Shown piece after piece: positions 59,701 to 64,000 of a stretch of 64,000 nucleotides of DNA. Every line of letters starts with the position of its first letter. Position 1 is the stretch's first letter. This DNA is from a virus (lineage: Duplodnaviria; Caudoviricetes). The DNA lies in IMG/VR virus record IMGVR_UViG_2654587505_000001, positions 102,614 through 166,613 of that record; one strand, written 5' to 3'. The notes under the pieces are model-generated. The model worked only from the letters and a program-made list of their open reading frames with translations. It had not been told where the DNA came from and ran no database searches. The position numbers were made by a program, and so were the translations under genes.

Positions 59701-60711
59701 GATGACTTCCTTGAGAGAATGCATGACACAGGATTAGTTAAAAAAGGACAAGTGCTTCAATTAATTAAAGCAGGATGTTTCGATTCTTTTGGTGACAGAA
59801 TTGAAATTATGAAACACTTTATAACAACTAGAGTTTACTCACCAAAAGATAAATTGACTATGCAAAACTTTAATATATTAATTGAAAATAATTTAATTCC
59901 TGAAGAATATTCTTTGTACAAGAGGTTGTTTAAATTTAGAAAATACGTCACGAAAAAAGTCTACAGAACGGAAGGTAAAGATAAACTATACTTACTGGAC
60001 GATATTTCAACTGAATTTTATTATGAACATTTTACAACTAACGGAATTGTTGAGTATAAGGACAATCTTCCTGTTATTTCTGAAAAAATCTTTAAAAAAG
60101 AATATGATAAAAAAATGGACGGTATTAAAGAATGGCTTCAAAGTGTAGATACATTAAATATGGTTAACAACCATTTATATGAAATTGAGTGGGAAAGTAA
60201 TGCTTCAGGAACAATCAGTAAATGGGAAATGGATTCGCTATCGTTCTACTATACTGAACACGAATTAAAACACATCAATAAAGAAATATATGGAATTGAA
60301 GATTTTAATTCTCTTCCTGAAGAACCTGTTGTAGTCAGTCATTACGAATCTAGAGGACAACAAAAACCAAGGTTTAAATTATGTTGTATTGCTGGAACAG
60401 TACTTGACAGAGATAAAAATAAACACACTATTGCTTTGCTTACAACTGATGGAGTAGTTACTGTTAAGTATTATGATGGTGCTTTTGCTCACTATAATAA
60501 GCAAGTCTCCAGACTAAATGGAGATAAAAAGGAAATATTAGAGAAAAGTTGGTTTACTCGTGGAAATAAATTGGTGGTATATGGATATCGTCGCGGTTCA
60601 CAATTTAAGCCATACAAGTATTTTGATTCACCTGTTAAGCACACAACTATGTTAATAACCCAAGTCAATGATGACGGAACAATTATCGTCAAAACCGAAC
60701 GTGAGATATGA
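56767..60711 (+). CDS. dnaE: DNA polymerase III alpha subunit (YorL-like)
   Basis: PHP HCHT/TDHE, GRGSA, PDIDLD, SIHSGG, KYDLL. Confidence 0.95.
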   Translation: MIGCHCHTAKGSNLRLIDSTNKTKDLIKTAAKMGYSGIAITDHESLSAHVEAIKIVKELKKPDKNGNTVIPKDFKLLLGNEIYLLMEPLEEVKNNYKSGKTKFPHFILIAKDAIGHRQLRILTSKAWEQSFKTGIMERTPTEKEFLEQVVSENRGHLIASTACLGSEINIYLLEMKVAEENNDLETVKELKKKIHNFINWCINTFGKENFFIEIQPAWSEEQIYCNKKLIPIAKHYGLQWIVTTDAHFLRPEDREIHRAFLNSKDGEREVDDFYEACFLQNLEEIKERLNYLDSSDVQIAIENTLKIGDMVEEYDLFKPVSIPRIELPEFEVRHIFKPAYDKYEYIAKMAYSDEPQDRYLIKLIEDGFDAKVPRNTLTRESFHQKLARINIELEELWHISLSLKEAMSAYYITIREIVLIMWDDCGGNSLVGPGRGSAAGFYINYLLDITQVDPLQYNLPHWRHLHKSRPDYPDIDLDSEAAKRKQIINALKRKFGERKVINIATFGTEKSKSAVLTACRGLGYDNDIAMHIASLIPFERGSNWTISDCLYGNEEEEREPVKEFINEIEKYPKLKETVLKIEGLENKRSIHSGGVFIYNEDLIERNALMKAPNGQWITQFSMSDSEYMGGIKYDLLTVENEDKLRVSLNLLLENNMIEWQDSLKKTYEKYLHPDVLEYDNPEIWNKMGNGEVIDLFQFNTQIGVETAKKVKPQNVLEASIANSLMRLMPDEGSTQPVDLYVKYKNNISLWYKEMRDHHLTDDEISIMEKHLKHKYGIADSQESVMIMVMDEKISGFDIVEANLLRKGIVKKNKDKIEETRQLFYKKGRERGTSKHLLNYVWEVQIKRQIGYSFSDLHTTVYTIVGLQDLNLYHRYDPLIWNTACLTVNSASSEDENNDESDEGEEKKNKSTNYGKVASAIGMMQSHGVKIGLPDINKASFGFKPDFEVRQITYGLKGLVGVGDELASILVEHRPYKSFDDFLERMHDTGLVKKGQVLQLIKAGCFDSFGDRIEIMKHFITTRVYSPKDKLTMQNFNILIENNLIPEEYSLYKRLFKFRKYVTKKVYRTEGKDKLYLLDDISTEFYYEHFTTNGIVEYKDNLPVISEKIFKKEYDKKMDGIKEWLQSVDTLNMVNNHLYEIEWESNASGTISKWEMDSLSFYYTEHELKHINKEIYGIEDFNSLPEEPVVVSHYESRGQQKPRFKLCCIAGTVLDRDKNKHTIALLTTDGVVTVKYYDGAFAHYNKQVSRLNGDKKEILEKSWFTRGNKLVVYGYRRGSQFKPYKYFDSPVKHTTMLITQVNDDGTIIVKTEREI

Positions 60712-60845
60712 ATTTTCTAAAATAACGTAATTTTATCTCTGTATATCTCACTAATACTCACTCATTCTCTTGTTTTTATCATCACAATACCCAATAAAAT
60801 CACTCTTTTATTACCTATAAATTTACATAAGGGGAATGACACAAC

Positions 60846-61136
60846 ATGAAAAATAAAAAAACTAAAAGAAATAAGAAGAAGATCAAACCAAGTAAATACA
60901 CAAAACATAAAAGAGTATATGCAAAATGGCTATCAAAAGATGGAGATTGGAGTTTTTATGTTTTTAGGAATCAGTCAAAAGAAGTGGTTGAAAGATTATT
61001 AAAATTTAAAAAAGCAAAATACATAAAAGTTAGCGAAAAAAGAATTGATAATCCAAATCAAACACATAATAAATTGATGATTAATAGTGCAATACATACA
61101 TTTGAACAACATTATGAAGCAAAGGAGGTGATTTAA
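60846..61136 (+). CDS. Basic hypothetical protein
   Basis: RBS AGGGG. Confidence 0.6.
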   Translation: MKNKKTKRNKKKIKPSKYTKHKRVYAKWLSKDGDWSFYVFRNQSKEVVERLLKFKKAKYIKVSEKRIDNPNQTHNKLMINSAIHTFEQHYEAKEVI

Positions 61137-61139
61137 GTT

Positions 61140-61337
61140 TTGGATAGATTTGAGTACAGAGATGAAGGAGAATCACCAGAGGAATTTTCAACATGTGCTA
61201 ACGAAAACTGTAGAAAAACTCTATATATCGGGGATGAGATATTAGAGCACTACGGTCTCGTGTGTTGTAGGAATATTAATTGTTTAATTGCAATCACTGA
61301 AACAAAAGAAATGATCGCTGAAAATGATGAGGAGTAA
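61140..61337 (+). CDS. Small Cys-containing protein
   Basis: RBS AGGAGGTG. Confidence 0.6.
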   Translation: MDRFEYRDEGESPEEFSTCANENCRKTLYIGDEILEHYGLVCCRNINCLIAITETKEMIAENDEE

Positions 61338-61342
61338 AGCAT

Positions 61343-61477
61343 ATGAAAAATTGTATATATAAAACAATTAAAACACTGTTACTAAGAATTTATGAGTTAG
61401 AAAACGAAAATAAAGGATTAGTAAATTCGGTTCGTGAACTACAAAATCAAATTCAAGTTTATAGAAATAATAAATAG
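61343..61477 (+). CDS. 44-aa coiled-coil peptide
   Basis: RBS GAGGAG. Confidence 0.45.
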   Translation: MKNCIYKTIKTLLLRIYELENENKGLVNSVRELQNQIQVYRNNK

Positions 61478-61489
61478 AGGAGTGATTAT

Positions 61490-62020
61490 TTGAGTAACCA
61501 TCTATATGGTTTTGATATTTCAATGGAACAGACAGGTATCACAATTTTTGACTTAAGAACTTTAAAACCAATACATATAACATCCGTTAAAACTAATGAA
61601 AAACATACACATGGCATGAGGCTCTATACAATTGCATCGGTTGTTGAAGAGTTAAAGAATACATATGAACCAAAAGTGGTAGCAATTGAAAGAGGATTCT
61701 CAAGATTTAACACTTCTACACAGGTAATCTATAGAGCGCACGGATTAGTTAATTACCTAATGCGAGATTATGAACAAAACTATTACCCACCAAAGCAGGT
61801 TAAAGAAGCAATTGTACGTGGAGATGCCACAAAAAAGTTTGTGCAAGACATCATTCAAGTAGCATATCCAGATATTGTTTTCAATAATGAAGATGAATCT
61901 GATTCCTTTGCAGTAGCACTCACATATCTTATCAAAAACAAATTGTTGGAATGGGATAAAAAGAAGTATAAGGAAATGTTGAAACCAAAGAGAAAGATGA
62001 AGAGTAAAAAAGAAACATAG
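61490..62020 (+). CDS. RuvC-like Holliday junction resolvase
   Basis: GFDIS, AIER, GDATK, DESDSFAVA. Confidence 0.85.
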   Translation: MSNHLYGFDISMEQTGITIFDLRTLKPIHITSVKTNEKHTHGMRLYTIASVVEELKNTYEPKVVAIERGFSRFNTSTQVIYRAHGLVNYLMRDYEQNYYPPKQVKEAIVRGDATKKFVQDIIQVAYPDIVFNNEDESDSFAVALTYLIKNKLLEWDKKKYKEMLKPKRKMKSKKET

Positions 62021-62181
62021 AATAATAAAGAAATAATTTCGTAAGGAGAATGAAAATTTTATTAAAATTAATTTTTCAACAACCACTTTTCTGTTCATTT
62101 TTCAATTTCTATACATAGAGATGCAGATATAATTATAAGACAATCTTGGAGGTGCATAGTTATTTGCAAGAGGTGATTACA

Positions 62182-62310
62182 ATGGAAAGTAAGATAATTG
62201 ACGATAAAAAACCTAAACTCTTGACTATAGAAAAAATCACATATGCTGGTAAATTTAATTATTATGAATACATAAAAAAAGAGTTTATTGAGTTAATAAA
62301 AAGAAAATGA
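62182..62310 (+). CDS. 42-aa protein, candidate recombination directionality factor
   Basis: RBS GAGGTGA; directly upstream of the serine recombinase. Confidence 0.5.
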   Translation: MESKIIDDKKPKLLTIEKITYAGKFNYYEYIKKEFIELIKRK

Positions 62311-62349
62311 GTTTACACTGAAATGGACTTATATATACTTACAATATCA

Positions 62350-62400
62350 TTGAAATAAATGCTGTCATTATATATACTTATGATAGCATTTTTTTATTTT
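62350..62400 (+). promoter_or_regulatory. Recombinase promoter within an inverted repeat
   Basis: TTGAAA-17-TATACT inside AATGCTGTCAT...ATGATAGCATT, followed by T run. Confidence 0.55.
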
Positions 62401-62413
62401 GAGGTGATACAAT

Positions 62414-64000
62414 ATGAAAACAGCTATATATACAAGAAAATCAACTTTAAAGGTTGGTCAGAAAGAGACGATTGAAAATCAGATTAAAATATGCAAAAGA
62501 AAAGCAAAAGAATTGGGATTGGTTATAGTTGATGTTAAAACTGACTCAGCAACTGGTACTGATGATAATAGTAGACCAGAAGTAAAGGAATTAATAAAAG
62601 ACGCCATCAATGGAAATTACCAATGTGTAATCATGAAGGGAATTAGTCGTCTATACCGCAAAACTTCAAAAGGATTAGAATTAATCGAACGTCTAGATCA
62701 AAGTGGAATCAGAGTTGTTACTGTAGAGGAACATTTTGATTCATTTGCTCCTGAAAATAGGACGGGAACAGGTAAATTAGATTTGTCTAGATTGACTATG
62801 TATTTAATGTTTGCAGAAATGGAGTCCAAAAAACTTGCAGACAGGGTTAAATATACTCAAATTGAAAAAGCCTATGCAGGAGAATGGAATCAACCAAGCA
62901 GCGTTCCTTATGGATATGAATATGTACCCGAAACAAAAAAACTACAAATTAAAGATTCTCAAGCAGATATTATTAGATTGATATTTAAATTGTATATAGA
63001 AGGAATGGGTATGAAATCAATTGCCCATTATCTTAATGGTAACAACCAAGATAAAATACAGTATCCTTCGCCTAAATCTAAAAGGTGGAATGAATATACT
63101 ATTGGCTTTATTTTAAAGAATGAAGTCTACATTGGGAGCGTTGTATATAATAAGCGAAGCAAAAAAGAAAGGCCGTATAAAAATCCAGAAGCAATTGGCA
63201 AAACAACAGAAGATATTTATATTGGCAATGATTTTAATGATAAAGATAAATGGATTACTGTAAAGAACGCTCACGATCCCATTATAGGTGAAGATACTTT
63301 TTCTAAGGCACAGGAGATAATGGGTGTTAAGGCCGCAAGAAAAGGTATAAGAAATAATGTATCCTTGTTTGCTGGTGTGGCAAAATGCGGGAAGTGTGGA
63401 CATGGTATGACTTTTAAACGTGGTAAAAAAAACAGTGATGGCAAGGTAGTCACAAGAAATAATTACTATTGTATGAACTATATCCGATATGGGAGCCAGT
63501 ACTGTGATTCTCATCACGTTAGAGCAGAAGATTTGGAAGAAACGATCTTTAACAAACTCGATGAGTTACGAAATAATAAAGAACAATTTGATCAAATATT
63601 TAATGATTCCATAAAACATATTGATGATGGGAGTGTTTCAGACGATAAGGAAATGAAAAGAATTGAAAAGGAAATTGAACAAGTAGCTAAAAAAATGGAC
63701 AAGCTTCTGGAAAAAAACATGGAAGGAAAGATTAATGATAATCAGTTTGAATTGTTTAACAAGCGATACTCAGACGATCTAGATAGGCTTACAAGCAGAC
63801 TGGAAGAAATAAAATTAAAATCTCAAAATAACATTGATAAAGAATTATTATTAAAAAGTTTTCGTAATCGATTAGATGAAATTGCTGATTATCGTAATAA
63901 ATCACTTGAGGAAAAGAGATATACTATTTTAAAACTGATTGATTTTATTATAATTGAAGATGGGATTATAAAGCATTTGCAGTTTAATTTTAGTTATTAA
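62414..64000 (+). CDS. Large serine recombinase (phage integrase, SprA-like)
   Basis: YTRKS, SRLYR, PYGY, NEVYIG, CGKCG zinc ribbon, coiled coil. Confidence 0.95.
   Translation: MKTAIYTRKSTLKVGQKETIENQIKICKRKAKELGLVIVDVKTDSATGTDDNSRPEVKELIKDAINGNYQCVIMKGISRLYRKTSKGLELIERLDQSGIRVVTVEEHFDSFAPENRTGTGKLDLSRLTMYLMFAEMESKKLADRVKYTQIEKAYAGEWNQPSSVPYGYEYVPETKKLQIKDSQADIIRLIFKLYIEGMGMKSIAHYLNGNNQDKIQYPSPKSKRWNEYTIGFILKNEVYIGSVVYNKRSKKERPYKNPEAIGKTTEDIYIGNDFNDKDKWITVKNAHDPIIGEDTFSKAQEIMGVKAARKGIRNNVSLFAGVAKCGKCGHGMTFKRGKKNSDGKVVTRNNYYCMNYIRYGSQYCDSHHVRAEDLEETIFNKLDELRNNKEQFDQIFNDSIKHIDDGSVSDDKEMKRIEKEIEQVAKKMDKLLEKNMEGKINDNQFELFNKRYSDDLDRLTSRLEEIKLKSQNNIDKELLLKSFRNRLDEIADYRNKSLEEKRYTILKLIDFIIIEDGIIKHLQFNFSY

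Larger units (their letters stand above)
869..60811. repeat. Dispersed intergenic palindrome ATRAAA-N6-TTTYAT (~55 copies) at accessory-gene junctions
   Basis: Copies start at 869, 2025, 2609, 2788, 3109, 3759, 4270, 5070, 5401, 5608, 5897, 6135, 6432, 8179, 8954, 9190, 9454, 10371, 10644, 10803, 13579, 13817, 14088, 14398, 15098, 15317, 15520, 16013, 19070, 20702, 24003, 25488, 25681, 28228, 28594, 29001, 29167, 30315, 30791, 32828, 34046, 34944, 35268, 35693, 36617, 37100, 37601, 38320, 46325, 47391, 47676, 48064, 48634, 49172, 50587, 51845, 52186, 52954, 56532, 56731, 60794 (some degenerate). Confidence 0.9.
1..64000 (+). mobile_element. SPbeta-like large temperate phage/prophage, early and replication region
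   Basis: YorH-like/helicase/primase block, DnaE, nrdIEF, thyA, MTases, YopX, terminal large serine recombinase; dense co-oriented short ORFs. Confidence 0.9.

Noticed and set aside
869-60811. Junction palindromes as terminators or a CRISPR array
   Set aside because: A/T-only 6-bp stems are too weak and lack U tails; spacing is gene-sized and irregular; no cas operon
1352-63517. Most minus-strand and nested ORFs in the track (e.g. 1352, 10789, 15078, 17443, 47651, 63113)
   Set aside because: Shadow frames of well-supported + strand genes, without RBS or motifs
1-64000. tRNA, rRNA or arbitrium (aimR/aimP) genes
   Set aside because: None recognised by eye; tRNAscan and HMM searches were not run

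Overview
AT-rich 64 kb segment of a large SPbeta-like temperate phage or prophage of a spore-forming Bacillales host (host genus not determinable here). It is the early/replication arm, almost all on the + strand. Core genes: helicase-primase, DnaE, nrdIEF, dUTPase/MazG-like, thyA, DHFR, a sigma factor, five DNA methyltransferases, a Cas4/AddB-like nuclease, a RuvC-like resolvase and a terminal large serine recombinase. These are interspersed with ~90 short accessory ORFs, an IS607, an IS605/IS1341-type element, a third TnpB and an orphan omegaRNA/right-end remnant. The most striking unexplained structure is a dispersed imperfect palindrome, ATRAAA-N6(5-8)-TTTYAT, read by eye at about 55 positions. 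It sits at nearly every junction between accessory genes (left arm often supplies the upstream stop codon, right arm abuts the next RBS) but not between genes of the core operons. It also brackets reverse-oriented morons, truncated foreign DNA and a host-gene fragment, which suggests an integron-like or dif-module-like gene-cassette system in a phage. Also notable: three tandem NrdR-box pairs away from the nrd promoter, probable ATT/ATA starts, sporulation-gene homologues, and several C-to-T nonsense mutations. All family calls come from motif recognition, not database searches.
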